DNA from: Phoronis australis
Taxonomy: Eukaryota; Animalia; Phoronida
Direction: 5' to 3'
Assembly: GCA_002633005.1 (NCBI GenBank)
Contig: NMRA01000647.1
Span: 89,050 to 153,049 of the forward strand
Length of the DNA: 64,000 nucleotides
Shown here: in pieces, positions 25,501-38,477 of the stretch
Numbering within the stretch: the stretch's first letter is position 1
Layout: every line of letters starts with the position of its first letter
Program-made: the position numbers and the translations under genes
Notes under the pieces: model-generated
Told to the model about the DNA's origin: nothing
Seen by the model: the letters and a program-made list of their open reading frames with translations, nothing else
Database searches by the model: none

Positions 25501-28500
25501 GTTGGCTACGACGATGAAAGTTCCATTAAGATAAAGGTAAGTCCTCTGATATTTGTCCCATGTTCAGTTACGACAGTTTTGCCTGTATTCAGGTGTAACT
25601 GAATTGTTGAGTTACTAACTGCACATGTGTACTCTGGGCGCGTACCAGCGCAAAGTATTGTTGAGTTACTAATTGTACCTGTGTACTCTGGGCGCGTACC
25701 AGCGCAAAGTATTGTTGAGTTACTAACTGTACATGTATACTCTGGGCGCGTACCAGCGCAAAGTATCGTTGGGTTACTAACTTTACATGTGTACTCTGGG
25801 CGCGTACCAGCGCAAAGTATTGTTGAGTTACTAATTGTACCTGTATACTCTGGGCGCGTACCAGCGCAAAGTATTGTTGAGTTACTAATTGTACATGTGT
25901 TATCTGGACGCGTACCAGCGCAAAGTACTGATTGTTTTTCTACGGCTTTTAGTCCATCCATGCAGTGTGCTTCTCATTGTTTTTGACCTTTTGACCTTTT
26001 AAGACCTTGGTAATGATTCGTTAACTACCAGAAATCAGAAAGTTTACACAACTCATTCGGCCCGTACGTAAAATTTGAAGTATTATAGTTTATATCCCAA
26101 AATGCACCGGAAGAGGTCAATTGCTACAAAGGTCAATTAATTTTGAAAATGTTATTTCTCCCACAGTTTTAATTGTATGCTATTCAATTTCGGTGCACAA
26201 ATGTAAGCCAAAATGACATTACTTTTCTAAGAGAACTAATCATTCAAATCAAATTTACGTACATACATGTAACTACCTTTAAGGATGTCTTAAACCTTAT
26301 TCACAGAAATTGGCCGTTTTTACAATATTTCACAAATGTCTAGTAAGATTCATTATCTCCATTCTCGAAGAACTTCAAATACGAAATGCATACCGTGTAG
26401 TGAGAAAAAAGATTTAGCAGAACCACCCTGGATCCGCACAACTGCAGCTCCGTATGTACACGTATGCTCTGTATTTTCATTCACGGAGTCGCCACAGTTT
26501 TGAGTCAACGATATATACATTGCGATAGATTGATGCCGGGAGAAGCGAAGACAAAACGCAGTTTTGATCTCGAGGGTGTTGCACGTCGTCATGCATACGA
26601 ACGCAAAAAACATATGCTACGAGTCGCCTCATGCCTCTGTGACTTTGTGTTCACGATCACAACAAGTTGTGAAAAGAAATAAATCCTCACCCCAATTCAT
26701 TGAATTCATAGGCTATTTGAAATTTCGGTATTTCGATTTCATGCGGGACGACGCGCTTGAACCACCGACTCAATTTCTGCTGTCTGTACTTGTTTACAAA
26801 GCAGCTGTTGGCATACTTTTAAGTAGGTCAACAGTTGACCGCCTGTCCGACTGGAGACGGTTCCAAAATAAAACGCTTTTTGCGATAATTAAGTTAATTA
26901 TGCACTGCAAATTCAGTTGACATTACGAGTGAAGGTTGAAATAGCGAACATGGTTAAGGCATGTATTGGTTCTATTGAGCGAAAACAAACTTTCACCGAA
27001 TAATTACATTGTAACTGAAGTCCTTGAGATTTCCACGTTGTGAGACGTCACAAAAGGCAACATTGGGGTTTTTTGGCGCAATTTGGGATCATTATACTTT
27101 TCACTCAACGTATATTCTATTAAAAAATTAAATTCTTTGAAGGACCAAAAAATATGCCAAAAACAAAAGCTTATCGTTCCAGAACCTCTAATTTATCATG
27201 TCAGCTGAGGACCAAACTGAATTTATCACGCCAGGACACAAAATTTATCATACCAGGGGCAGGTCTCTAATCTTTTTACTCGAAATGGAACTCGAAATTA
27301 TGTTAGACAATTTCTACTCTACTTTTGTGCGATTTCAAGATGAGTATCTATTATTTTATACTCGATTACATAATGACTTGCATGGATAAGTACTAGTTTG
27401 CAGTTGATAAACCCAACATTAAGGCTAAAGGTTCGAGTTTGAACTCGAAATTTCGACTTACTCGGGTTTGTAACACGAATGTAAGGGTCAAACGTGGACT
27501 AGAATCTCATATTCATGAATTATTATGTATTCGAGCACAGTCTGAGAACCACTTGTCTTAAGTTTTCACAAAAGAAGCAGAGAAGTTGCCTAAAATAATT
27601 TCGAGTTCGTTTCGATTTCAAAGATAAGAGACCGGGCCCCGGACACTGGATTGCGTAATTCACTGTAGATACACGATATCGTGACAATGAGGCTGAGTTT
27701 CTGTCGTCTCTTCCACGTTTTTCATCGGCCAGTGGACCCAGCAGAAATGTGACTTCGATTAGATTGGACGTTGAAGAGGCCATTTTACGAGAGACTTCGT
27801 CTATGACCCGACCCGATTTTTGCAAACATAAACTAGCATGGACCGGCAGCCTCGGGTGTCATCAAGTCTTCACTGAGTTAGAGCCCGACCATTTAGAGAG
27901 TGATCGCAGAGAATATACGTCTCGGTTCAGTCTTACTGAGAAAACTTGACTCCTCGACGAATGAGGCGTAACCGATGGTGCAGAGGAGGTGCCTTCCGGG
28001 TTGGAGTGTACAAACGAATGGTGAGCGAGATGCCCGACAACAGGTCACACTCCGAGTAGACCAAGAGTGAACGAATGTTTGTTTGGATACCTCATAGGTT
28101 TAGTGCAATATATGAGGTTTTAAACATTAACAATACATACACTCCTCCAAAGACCTGTGTATATTCTGCAAATGTGCTTCACTACCACTTACCTGTAATG
28201 GCATTGCCCCCTTTCATTTTCAGGCTATGTTTGTCAAGCAAAAGGGTCTAGGAGGCGCCATGTTTTGGGCTTTGGACTTAGACGACTTTACTGGATCTTT
28301 GTGCTCCTCAAGCACCACAAGTTACCCTCTGATCAAGGCCGCCAAGTCGGTGTTGATTGGTGGGACCTCTGGCGGATCGACTCTGAGCTCAAAGCAAACA
28401 GCTGGTGTTAAAACAACAGCTACCTCCATCAATACAACTCCAGTTTCCGGAGGTACCAGTTGCGTGTACAAAGCCACGCAGGCCTATTCTGCAGACCCCA

Positions 28501-28583
28501 ATATGGACAAATGGTGCCAGGATAATTGCGCCATGGGTAACTGTCCCCCCACTCACTGCGTAGTAGAGTGTTCGCCTTCGTAA
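16514..28583 (+). CDS. Secreted GH18 chitinase (chitotriosidase/AMCase-like), 471 aa; exons 16514-16519, 17208-17286, 18491-18664, 21538-21791, 22028-22152, 23794-23902, 24653-24838, 25414-25536, 28224-28583
   Basis: Signal peptide [20 protein letters not shown]; [13 protein letters not shown]; KFLLAIGGW; intact catalytic [11 protein letters not shown] (DxxDxDxE); [15 protein letters not shown]; GFLAYYEIC; WVGYDD; [15 protein letters not shown]; S/T-rich linker; Cys-rich tail. Exons sum to 1416 bp, in frame. Confidence 0.95.
17208..17286 (+). CDS. Chitinase exon 2 (signal peptide)
   Basis: tttcag|GGTCTT...AGAAGAA|gtaagt; hydrophobic [18 protein letters not shown]; phase 1 fits exon 3. Confidence 0.85.
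18491..18664 (+). CDS. Chitinase exon 3
   Basis: [23 protein letters not shown]...LCTHVIFAF...EWNDEA; gctag acceptor, gtgagt donor. Confidence 0.95.
19446..21510. mobile_element. Non-autonomous hAT-like element with 5-bp TSD, in chitinase intron 3 (contains a gap)
   Basis: Termini cagggccgtaggaa / ttcctacgggcctg (14-bp IR, 1 mismatch); identical CCTTT on both flanks. Confidence 0.6.
21268..21468. other. Assembly gap (N run)
   Basis: N run; other gaps at 29919-29943, 42792-43205 and 51704-51801. Confidence 0.99.
21538..21791 (+). CDS. Chitinase exon 4 (catalytic motif)
   Basis: [13 protein letters not shown]...[17 protein letters not shown]...FTALVK; donor gtgagt. Confidence 0.96.
22028..22152 (+). 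CDS. Chitinase exon 5
   Basis: [27 protein letters not shown]...GYEIEKIS. Confidence 0.94.
22547..22794. mobile_element. Harbinger-like MITE in chitinase intron 5
   Basis: TIRs gggcccgttccaacaaaactgactta / taagtcagtttcttggaacgggcct; internal taagacaaatctta repeats; flanks caa/cag. Confidence 0.75.
22940..23189. mobile_element. Degenerate MITE (family unassigned)
   Basis: Imperfect ~28-bp inverted termini gacttagccggttccttcaggtcaaccg / cggtcgactcgacggaaccagcgaagtc. Confidence 0.5.
23794..23902 (+). CDS. Chitinase exon 6
   Basis: [26 protein letters not shown]...TNV; donor gtgagt. Confidence 0.94.
24653..24838 (+). CDS. Chitinase exon 7
   Basis: [10 protein letters not shown]...[13 protein letters not shown]...EAGFLAYYE. 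Confidence 0.94.
25414..25536 (+). CDS. Chitinase exon 8
   Basis: [10 protein letters not shown]...[22 protein letters not shown]; donor gtaagt. Confidence 0.94.
25603..25928. repeat. 54-bp minisatellite, about 6 copies
   Basis: Unit aaagtattgttgagttactaattgtacctgtgtactctgggcgcgtaccagcgc. Confidence 0.92.
27257..27639. mobile_element. Harbinger-like MITE in chitinase intron 8
   Basis: TIRs gggcaggtctctaatcttt / aaagataagagaccgggccc; internal actcga/tcgagt repeats; flanks cag/cgg. Confidence 0.65.
28224..28583 (+). CDS. Chitinase exon 9 (end of GH18 domain, linker, 6-Cys tail, stop)
   Basis: [22 protein letters not shown]...YPLI...[40 protein letters not shown]; AATAAA at about 28803. Confidence 0.94.
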   Translation, partial: AMFVKQKGLGGAMFWALDLDDFTGSLCSSSTTSYPLIKAAKSVLIGGTSGGSTLSSKQTAGVKTTATSINTTPVSGGTSCVYKATQAYSADPNMDKWCQDNCAMGNCPPTHCVVECSPS

Positions 28584-28959
28584 CGCGGATGAAAAGCGAA
28601 ACATTGCAACTAGCGTCAATTCTGTGTTTGGCAGTATTGACACTCAACGATCGTTTTTTAACTAAAGTCACTTTATATTATACCCTCAGTCAGTAAAAGT
28701 ATACGACAAGACGATCTCAGAATCTACCGGGCTTACGCCTTTTGGTAAAATGGTCCCGGAAATTTTAAGTGTTTTTAAAAGGTGTTATTGTGCTTGCGTT
28801 AGAATAAATTAGAGGCTTACGTAGTTTTCTGAAGAATAATGACTGACATTGTGCGTACTAGTTGTGTCGTTTCAATTTTTGTCACTGTTGAGCACAGTGT
28901 GGGAGGAACTGTCCATCACACACATACAGGGAGAAGTGTGGGGGAGTGTTGAGCACAAA

Positions 28960-29842
28960 CATACATATACATATCAAAGGGTCAACCGATTTACAACCAC
29001 TGAAGCTGTTAGTGGTGTCATGGGGTGGGACTCGACCGGAAACAGATTTAAATTGAATATGTTACGTCTTTGGAACAGATTAGTGAGCACAGGTGGTGAT
29101 AGGTTACAAAAAAGATACTTCTATGGGAGTACTCTGTTGGTAGAAATGATTGGTTAGACAGAATCAAAAAATTGTTTAACATAAGTGGTATGCAATCCTG
29201 CTTCCAAAATTTGACTACTTGTAACATAATAGATGCTGAAAACAAACTATTTGAATACTCGAGTCTGTTGTAAAAACCCAAGTTAAGAACCATCATTCTA
29301 TTTAAGCTCGAGTTTTTTAACTGAACCGTATGTGAAACTTGCTCTATCTCGTTCCCCGTATGTGAAACTTATCTCGTTCCGAGCAATCTCTCATAGGGTC
29401 AGTTTAGAGCAGGAAATCTCCCATTGCACATGGAAACCGGTCGTTATATAAGCACTCCTGTAAGTGAAAGACTTTGCTTGTGCTGTAATTCTGATTTTGA
29501 GGAGGATGAGCTACATTTTGTGTTTGGCTGTTCTCTTTATAAATCACGGAGGCCTATTCTATTTATATGTAATTGTGTTTCACGCCAACAAGACCCGAAC
29601 TTTGCAGATTTCAGAAGATAAGATACGTTAAAACTGCCGTTTCAGTACTTCTCTAGCGGCATTTCGCCAAATATATCAAGTCTGCTTTTGAACTTAGAAA
29701 CCGTCGCCTTTATAGTACATCTGCGTTGTGTGGTTAAAGTGACTAATAAGCCCAACTGAGCTGGGTAGGCTACTTATCTTTGTTACGAGTGTCATCCTTA
29801 TAACTGTTTGAATTAATTGTAATTGTCACTATAATAAATAAA
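28960..29842 (+). mobile_element. 5'-truncated, degraded non-LTR retrotransposon (ORF2 C-terminus and 3' tail)
   Basis: LRLWNRLV and RAGNLPLHMETGRY...ERLCLCC...EDELHFVFGCSLY (CCHC-type C-terminal motif of LINE ORF2); frameshifts and stops; ends aataaataaat. Confidence 0.7.
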
Positions 29843-30547
29843 TGCAAAGACATTACATGTATATAGGGAGCAGTGTGGATGGACTGTTGAGCGCACACAT
29901 GGGGAGCTGGGGTGGATCNNNNNNNNNNNNNNNNNNNNNNNNNNTGTTGAGAACACACATGGGAGCAGTATCGGTGGACTTCGTGCTGGGTACACATTAG
30001 GGTACTGATGAGCACATATAGGGCACAGAGTGGGGGGACCTTTTGAGCACACATATAGGGAACAGAGAGGGGGAATTTTGGGCACACTCGGGGAATGGAC
30101 ACATGGAACAGCTTAAAAAACAATACAATCATTACCGTATGATAAAATAGAATGACAAAATTCTTACTGGAAACGCAATCCTTACTTCTGCTTTCTCAAA
30201 CACTCAAACAATTTCTCAATGAACCTCCCTATGGTAAAAGCATATTTTCACCCAATTCGTTCATAGTAAAGTCGTTGTTATCGTCATGTTGCTTGACTGG
30301 CTTAGTCCGGTGTCTGAATCTGAATGATCGAGTCAGAGGTCGCAGATTAGAGCTAGGCTCTTTCAGTGAACGTAGTTGCCCTTAAATGATCACTCCCGGA
30401 TAAGTTATTTCCTTTATGGTAGCAGTTTATCATTTTTTATCGTTGTTCCAAAAGCTTATAGTTTTTCATACGAATAGTTGCCTTCTTGTTTACTCCAACA
30501 CTTCTTCATAAAGACTTTAATTTCATTTTGTTTTCTTCCGTAACATT

Positions 30548-30690
30548 CAGGGGCGGATCCAGGATTTTTTGTTAGGGGGGCCAGGGCAGAGTATTAGCCC
30601 AGACATTCGCACCCCCGAACTGCCAAGTGAAATCTGGGAGAGTTTTAGGGAGGAGATGGCCCCCTTGGCCCTTCTCTTAATCCGCCACTG
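30548..30690. mobile_element. hAT-like MITE (CAGGGGCGGATC-type termini)
   Basis: caggggcggatccaggattt... / ...taatccgccactg; no clear TSD. Confidence 0.6.
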
Positions 30691-33074
30691 ATATTATCCA
30701 ATATCTACACATAAAATAGCCTGTAGCAACAGTCGTCGATCTCGTGTAGCGTCTTGGTCTTCATTGCCAACCCGGTTACAATGACGTATTTCCTGTGATT
30801 TTACTCGACACGGTAGAGCTATGTTTCGAACAACTTTATGTCTTCTTTTGAAAGAAATTTCTTTTACAAAATCATTTCAAATAACTCGTCTAAAACTTGG
30901 CGTGCACCAATTTACAGGTGTATAATCATGTACATGTAGGCCTAATCGGTGCACCAGCACCACGCATATTCGTTGTGCAGGAACGAATATTGCCTTTAAT
31001 CACATGTTATGAAACTACAATGTATATCTACATTTGAGTTTGTCTCACGAATACGTTCCCCTGGGGATAATTTGACAAACTTGTGTAAACTGAGAGGTCA
31101 TTGATTATTGGAGGTGAAGAGATCCTTGCGGCCTCAACGAGTTCTTTAGAATGGGTTTCGTAGTCACGGCAAAGTGTCAGATTTACGGGATAGGCTCTTC
31201 GATTCATTTGCGAATCAACATTCTCAAGGGCGTTTTACAGCAATCGAGTTCAGTTCAGAATAGAAACAGTGGATAGTTTCGATTTGTTCATGAGCCTTAC
31301 ATTTCCAGAGACTCAGTAAAACAAATGGTAGATCGGCCATTTTGCCGCCGTAAACATTAAATATAAAGCGATAACTACATGTATAAAAGATGATTTTTGG
31401 TGAGGTGAGGCACACAAAAGAAAGATATACGGTGAATGAAGGATAAAAAGTGCTTGTCTCTGAGAAAGTCTGTAGCACATTTCCCGATCAGTTGATTGTA
31501 TTTACGTCTATATAAACAATCACAAAATGACAAGTACAATAAAACACAGAACACTTCATGCGGACGACAGCAAATATTACCTGGAAGAAAGGTGTCCACT
31601 TTCTCTTTCCTACCTGAGGCCAGAGCACTTAAAAGGCATTTACCGTCTAATGTACGCCCAACGTACGATAGCCATGCGACCGGTATTTTTATACCCAACA
31701 AAGACGCAACAAAGCCAACAATGGCATGTCCCATAGGTGACAACCATGCGACGTTCTTAGGCCCCCGTCGAATGAGCGGATGTCGCAATTTAAACAATAC
31801 AGCCTTGCAAACTCCATACGACATTATTTGGCATGGAAATTCAATTAACCAAAGTTCAGTAATACACATGTACAATGTACCTAAACAGATTACAAACGAT
31901 GTCGATTTTCATGTGATTTGTCAATTGATACATTTAATAATGATAACCGCCTTCAAGACAAAAACTCATTTGGTCACGAAGCATGAGGCCACTTGTAAAA
32001 AGCCGTCAAGGCCGCCGTGCACCTCTGCATGGAAACAAGTGATATTTGTTGCAATTATTTTTTCACGGCGTATCTAACCTACTCAAGATTTTACAAAAAC
32101 TCATGCCTATATTAAAATGCACACACACCCGGCAGTGACGTACATGTAGCTACATGTAAGAATTATATTCGCTCAGGGCAGAAGATTAGATTACGCCCCC
32201 TCTCCAATCCGCCATGCACTGATCAATGTCTAGTCGCTTCCCAAGCGTCAACAATTTTTACAGCCCCAGTCGTTAGTTACATGTACACACACCTTCCAAT
32301 TTGTGAACCCCCTCCCTCCGTCATTGTCACCCCATCAGGGGCGGGAGGGAGCCCAACTCCACTCCCCAACTACGCCACTGCCACTGTGTTGAAACGGCGA
32401 ATACACCTAGTCTCATCCCGCAAAGGATTGCCTGCATACCTTTCAGAAAAATCGAAATTGTATGTTTTGTGTTCATCATCAAAGTGTTTCAAGTTAGTTG
32501 TAATGACCCTTTGGGCGGAAAACATCGTCATATCCGGTGCATGATCATACACAACAGGTAATGATGGACAGTGGTCATTATCGTCACGAGGCCACTGCTG
32601 TGCTCGATTTTTCCGGTCTCGAATAGGAGTTTCATACAATGAAATGTGAAACTTGATGACGATGACGTTTCATTACGCAGTGTCTTTAGATCCATATATG
32701 GATTCTTCGACAGGTCGTTAGTCTCCGTTTGGACTTCGTGCAAAAACGTCATGAAGTTGCAGCACTTTTATGAAACAGGTCTCTGCATGCAGTCTACTAA
32801 TTTCTCTTTAGTGTTCACGTACAAGTTTGACTAAAAGGAACATAACTTTTTTTAGTTTCCCAATTAAAGCGATGGCCTGGGCGTTTACCCAGACATGAAC
32901 GGCAAGTCTTGATTGTTCTTAATTTTCCTTCCCCACGAAAACCCTGAGCACGTAGACCCACATTCCATGGCACCACCACTCGTTTTTTCGGCTAAAATGT
33001 TGCAGAAACCGAGTTTCAGCTGTGTCAATGAACCCTGAGTTGAGGAACATAGTTCCACACACGATAATGTCCTG

Positions 33075-33961
33075 TGCCCGGTTGCTTGAAACAGTCCCTA
33101 AATGTTAGGGATGTCCTTAAGTCTTAGGGACGTCCCTAAATTTTAGGGACTGTTGCATGAAAAGTTCCCAGTTAGTTTAGGCATTAAATAGGGACTCAAC
33201 TTTTGGGGTTACCTAAAGTTAGTCCCTAAGTTGAGTCCCTAGCAATAAGATGGCTGATCAAGCTGATATTGCTGTTGAAAAAAGAATTTTCCGTGACAGA
33301 ACAAACACGCTAGAGACGTATAGCGACAGTGAGCTAAACGAAAGATTTAGAATTTCTTCAAGAGCTGAGATGATAGTTAGAAAGCTCTAAGAGAAGATGG
33401 AGCTGTCGAACACGAAAGGCTTGATCTCACCCACTGTACAGGTTAGTAGTTCCATCGTAAACTGAAAGTATCGATTACCATAGTGCCACGACTTACCCTA
33501 CGTCTCACTTAATTCCCCAACACTACTTTAACAGCACGTTGGGAAGTGCGGCGTCTCCTACCGAAGATTCTTGTATTCTCACCAGTTCGCTGTTTTTTTA
33601 ATTTACATTAGCATGGGCTGCCACAATCGATCGTCTGCTCTCTCAAGAACAGCAGTAGAAACTCGAATTCTGAGATAATGCACATTGACTATGCACTCTA
33701 CTCGAACAAACATTCAAAAGGTGGAACAGTAAATGCGACGTTGATAGTAATTTTTGCCATATTAAGTGACCTTAGCCACCGCGATCATCGGGATTGTTCG
33801 GCTTTGGGAACTTACTTCGGATTTAGGGTGCTCCCAATAAGGACAGAGTGTAGGACCACTTCATGCAACAGTCCCTAAACAAAATCCTTATAGGGACTTC
33901 TCTAACTAGTTTGGGAACTTGGTTAAGTCCCTAATTAGGGACTGTTTCATGCAACCGGTCA
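33075..33961 (+). mobile_element. Internally deleted PIF/Harbinger DNA transposon
   Basis: TIRs tgcccggttgcttgaaacagtcccta / tagggactgtttcatgcaaccggtca, subterminal tagggac/gtcccta repeats, flanked by ctg/cag. Internal MADQADIAVEKRIFRDRTNTLETYSDSELNERFRI (from 33250) resembles a Harbinger transposase N-terminus, with an in-frame stop. Confidence 0.8.
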
Positions 33962-36900
33962 CAGATGTCCTCTTTAGCGTCAACGACCAAAACCTGGATA
34001 ACCAAGCTTGCACGCAATGCAAAAAATATAATTATTTAGTGTACAAAACCTTGAGTGTTTTTATCCTGAGTAACGTCACATTGAAACAGACTTTAATACA
34101 GCAGGACAAAGCATTTAAAAGTCGGGCAGGTGGACACATGCCAAGAATTATAGGATGACACTTGAACTGCAGCCTGGTGGTTTAGTAATTGACCCAATTA
34201 TGTTGCACATCCGATAGAATTAAAGGGGAATATAACATTGCAAAATCCAAAAACCTAATCACCTGAATCACGTGTGCTGTTCACGAACTATTCAAATAGA
34301 TGTTGGCCATTTACAATTTTCAAAACGAAAATTTAGAAATAATATTGTCACCCCCAATGTGTTTTTGATGGGTCTCACTATCTAGAGACCGACAACATCA
34401 GCAGGCTGAGGCGATTTAATTCAACCACGATAGCATGGTGTTTTTGATCTAAACCGGCAGATTCTGTGGTGCGCAAAGCGGTCGAGTTGCCCTATCTCGA
34501 CCGGTTAGGGTGTCAAGTTTTCACGATACGAACTGAAAATAAATCACTTCATGAGTCTCTATATTGGTTTGTTTACGTTCTTTTTATAGCAAGGCAACAT
34601 ACACCCCACAGGCGCACATTTTTTCAGCTGTCGACAACATTATAATTAATATGAAGGAAGTGTAACTGAATTCTGTGTTAATCGGGGTGTCTCATAGAAA
34701 TGACGTCTTGACACCAACCTTCTACGATTCTTATTTTACCATGGGGCCCGTCAGTCGGTGTAGCTTAGTGAACCGACAAATTTTCTCAACAGTGTTGCAC
34801 CGCAAGCTATAGACCGCATTGTTATTACGTTTAAAGTTTACAAGGATCAATTCAGTAGCACATTAGCTTATCGGTCGTTTGAACGCAGACATGAGTTTAA
34901 AGTATAGCAAATGCAACACGAACGAACGGGAGAAGGGCTGGGAATGCCAAGCAGCAGAGAGCCGTGACAGTCACCAGGTTTGTGGATGGTTTTTTACTAC
35001 GTGAACATCGAACACAGACGCGCATTGCTCTGTAAATGTAAACGTTCACGGAAATAAGAATCGCCGCGCTGGTTTCTGAGGTTATTCAGAGAACACTGAC
35101 TAAGCTAAAATAACGCTCTCTAGAAAGTTTTAACAAAACTAGAGGTAGGTAAAAGTTTTGATGAACTGATCTTCTTCTTTTTCTATTCCATGTGGGATGC
35201 ATATATAAGTCAGACGTTTCGCAATAAGGCTACACTGTCTTTTTCTGGGACTTATACTAAATGTGTCGAGCACGTTAGGGTTACTAGATGTTAAACTCTT
35301 CTTGAAAAAATATGGACAAACACAATTTGTGATAAAATTTCCTCTGTGGCCCGAATCATTTCTTTCCTTCAAGCGAAACATAAATAAAACAGGGCAATGA
35401 TTCTAGTTTCAGAAAAAAATTAGCTGAATCAAAGGTGGTCGGTGGCTGGGTTATAGGGTGAGCCGGACTTCAATCAACATAATAGGATTATTGTGGATAA
35501 TACCGTTGGGTACCCCCATAGAACAGGTATATGCATTTACGGCGAGAACGTCCCACTCAAACGAATGGTTGACGTTTTCACGACTACATTCTCTAGGTGC
35601 CTACCCCTTAAAACAAAGCTCTATTCGGAAAAAAAATCTGATTTAATTCCCCACATTAGTTTCACAATGCGAGTTCGAAGTAAAAGGTTCCATTTTCCCT
35701 AAAAATCCGGAGAAATTTTCTAACAAGTTAGATATACTTTAAAACTCCCTGTCCAAAAGATGCACTCCTAGGTTTTTGATAACATGGCATCTCTTCTTTT
35801 TAATAGACCAGGCTTAGTTTAACAAGCTTCCTACAAATGGGTCACCTTTTCACCCTCTAGCGCTTAGTATTTTATTTTTCCATGTGCGTTCCGTACAACG
35901 TATAACCGAGTATACCTGGACCAATAAGAGGCCTTGTCATCCGAAATCAGTGGTTATATAACCACCGTCTCTGTAAAAAAGCTACCTGTACGTGTATTGC
36001 CTCTGTAACGTTGTCTTCATCATACCACATAAAACATCATTTTCTTCTATGCTAGACTGTTGGCAACGGTGATGATTAAACTTGCCACACAATAAAGTAA
36101 AGCACGGTCGTAATATGAGTCTTCTGTCACCCCTGTAATATTTGATCGTATTTAAATGCGTTCATCCACAAAGTTGTAGGGCGGCGCACTTCGTAAATCT
36201 TTCTGTTGAGCATCGAACCATGCTCTTGAATAACGTACTGTATCTCACAAGCAAAACACACACACTTCGATATTGAATGCGCCGATGGGACATGTAATTC
36301 ATGCGGTAGATTTGAAGGTCGTGCAGATGATTTGTTTTGAAGCGAATAAATTTGAAGGGGTACAGGCATGTTTTCTTTGCGTGCTCGTTAAGATACACTA
36401 GCTGATAACTTAACCAGCCAAATTTGCAACACATTGCTATTTACACTGTGTCTAGTGTAGATCGCTCCGCCAACAAAGTGCTCGACTGTTACAGCTATGG
36501 TTAAGAGTTCAACTCCACGGTTGACCTCAGAAAACAACCTTTCTCGCCGATAATGTTACTTTATTTCGTACCCCGGGCTTTTCATGATCGTATTATTAAA
36601 ATGTATTATTAAAGTGCGCAACTATAATATAACTTAACTGTATTTTAAGGTTATAAAAATCTCCTATAAAATGGCTAAGTGATTTGACTTACTTTGAGGA
36701 GACATATCTCAGAAATGGTTGAGCGGAATCAATCGACACTGTCAGATACTTTTCAATGCTTTTTCCAAAATGTTTCACCTTTGAATTTATAAGGAGGCAA
36801 TAAAAAATGAGACCTTTAGCGAGAATACAATGGACTTAAGGTCAAGAAGTATACAAAAAATTCTGAAATTAGAAAGCGAATTTCACTTCTGATTGTAACC

Positions 36901-38013
36901 GGTCTTCCACTGATTGGGTCATGGGCTAAAAGCAAAGTCTCCCACTTTCCAATTTAAAAATATATACTTTCACTGCGCTAAATTCATGTGTCTTACAGAA
37001 AATTGTATTTAGAAGTGTTTTCGACGAGGTTTTTCATAATCTCAACATACAGAAGCCCATATAAAACCTTAAGCCTCGTTTGGTCCTTGGCTCTCAGTGT
37101 CCCACCATCTCTCAAGAATTTTGCAACATTGTTATGGCTTTTGTGTTAAACTTACAGGGTGATCGGTTGATTGATATGCAAACAAAGCCAAAAACAACCT
37201 GCTTTCAAGTCAGCAGAGATAAACGGCAAAAAGCGGTTACAATAACACTGGTAGTTGACACGATCGTGCAATGCTTGTATGTGAAAGCCTACTTATATAA
37301 ACGTACTTAAATAGTGTTTTTCATTCGTAAAGAATAGTTAAATCAAACTCTTACAGCAATGGTCAACGTACTAATAGGTATATAAATATTCACAAAACAA
37401 CTTGGTCTAACTTAGCATGAAAACTATTTACTGATAGGGATACAACATTGTGTTTTGTTCGTTGACGGCTTTGGACAAGAAAACAAGTTTATTTTACAAA
37501 CATAACAACTCTAAAAGAAATTGGAAACTACATCGGCCTAGTCAACACCGTTCTGCTTGTTGTACGTGTAAATGTGTTCCTTGCCGTCCATGCACGATGA
37601 GTCTTGAACAAAAGTTGACTAAGCCATTGCTCTCTGACAGAAGCCAACATTCTGCGTAAAAATGCTTTAGTAATCTGCATGTTTGCACAGGATCCGCACG
37701 TTTGGTTAATGAAATTCCGATCCTGCAAACATGTGGAAAGTAATGAATAGTTTTTGTGCTAAAGCTTAATATTAAAAAAAAAACTCTTAAAACAATTGAC
37801 AGAGCCTGTATTATAATATTCACGTTTTGGAGATACTTGTAACCACGCATAGTCACATCAGGCGTGTAAGGCCTGGGATTATTTCTGCCTAGTTTAAGTT
37901 TTCTACCTCACCGAACATTAGGCCTACTAATAAAAATAATATCATTTACTGTACACCGTAGGCTTTACCTATTCATACATAAATACAAATATTCAAACGT
38001 ATATTCAGAGTAT

Positions 38014-38430
38014 TTACATGGAGAGCAGTTCTTCTCTTAAAGCTATAGCCTTCTGAGTATACAATGCAAGGCGCTGGATACTGTCATGGTATGTCTGTTG
38101 GAATAATCTAACAAGAGAATAGTTAACATTCACAAGCCCTGGCAGAAAATTTCTTCTAAGGTCTCCAAGAACAGGGCATCGACACATGAAATGAGTGTTA
38201 TCTTCAGTTTCACCCAGACAGCATATGCCGCATATTTTCTCACTTCTAGGGAAACCTATATGTCTCCCTTTCTCTATATTAAGTGAGTGACCTGAACATC
38301 GAAATTGCGCAAGTATTCTTCTAGAATAAGCGCTTAAACAATTCACATATTGCTCGCTAACAAGATCACGTTTAATAAGACTATAAAATTCATATTTATT
38401 TCAGCTACCTATTTCCAGTTGCCATTCCTG
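38014..38430 (-). mobile_element. Non-LTR retrotransposon ORF2 C-terminal remnant
   Basis: RRILAQFRCSGHSLNIEKGRH...EKICGICCLGETEDNTHFMCRCPVLGDLRR motif. Confidence 0.7.
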
Positions 38431-38477
38431 TACACCATTACTCAATACGTACAAATATCAAAAAATGAAAAAATCGG

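Noticed and set aside
25506-25986. ORFs with 18-aa repeats ([10 protein letters not shown]...)
   Set aside because: Artefact of the 54-bp tandem repeat in chitinase intron 8.
31375-32077. Overlapping 166-193 aa ORFs on both strands
   Set aside because: No recognisable motif, splice pattern or typical protein composition; probably chance ORFs or repeat-derived.
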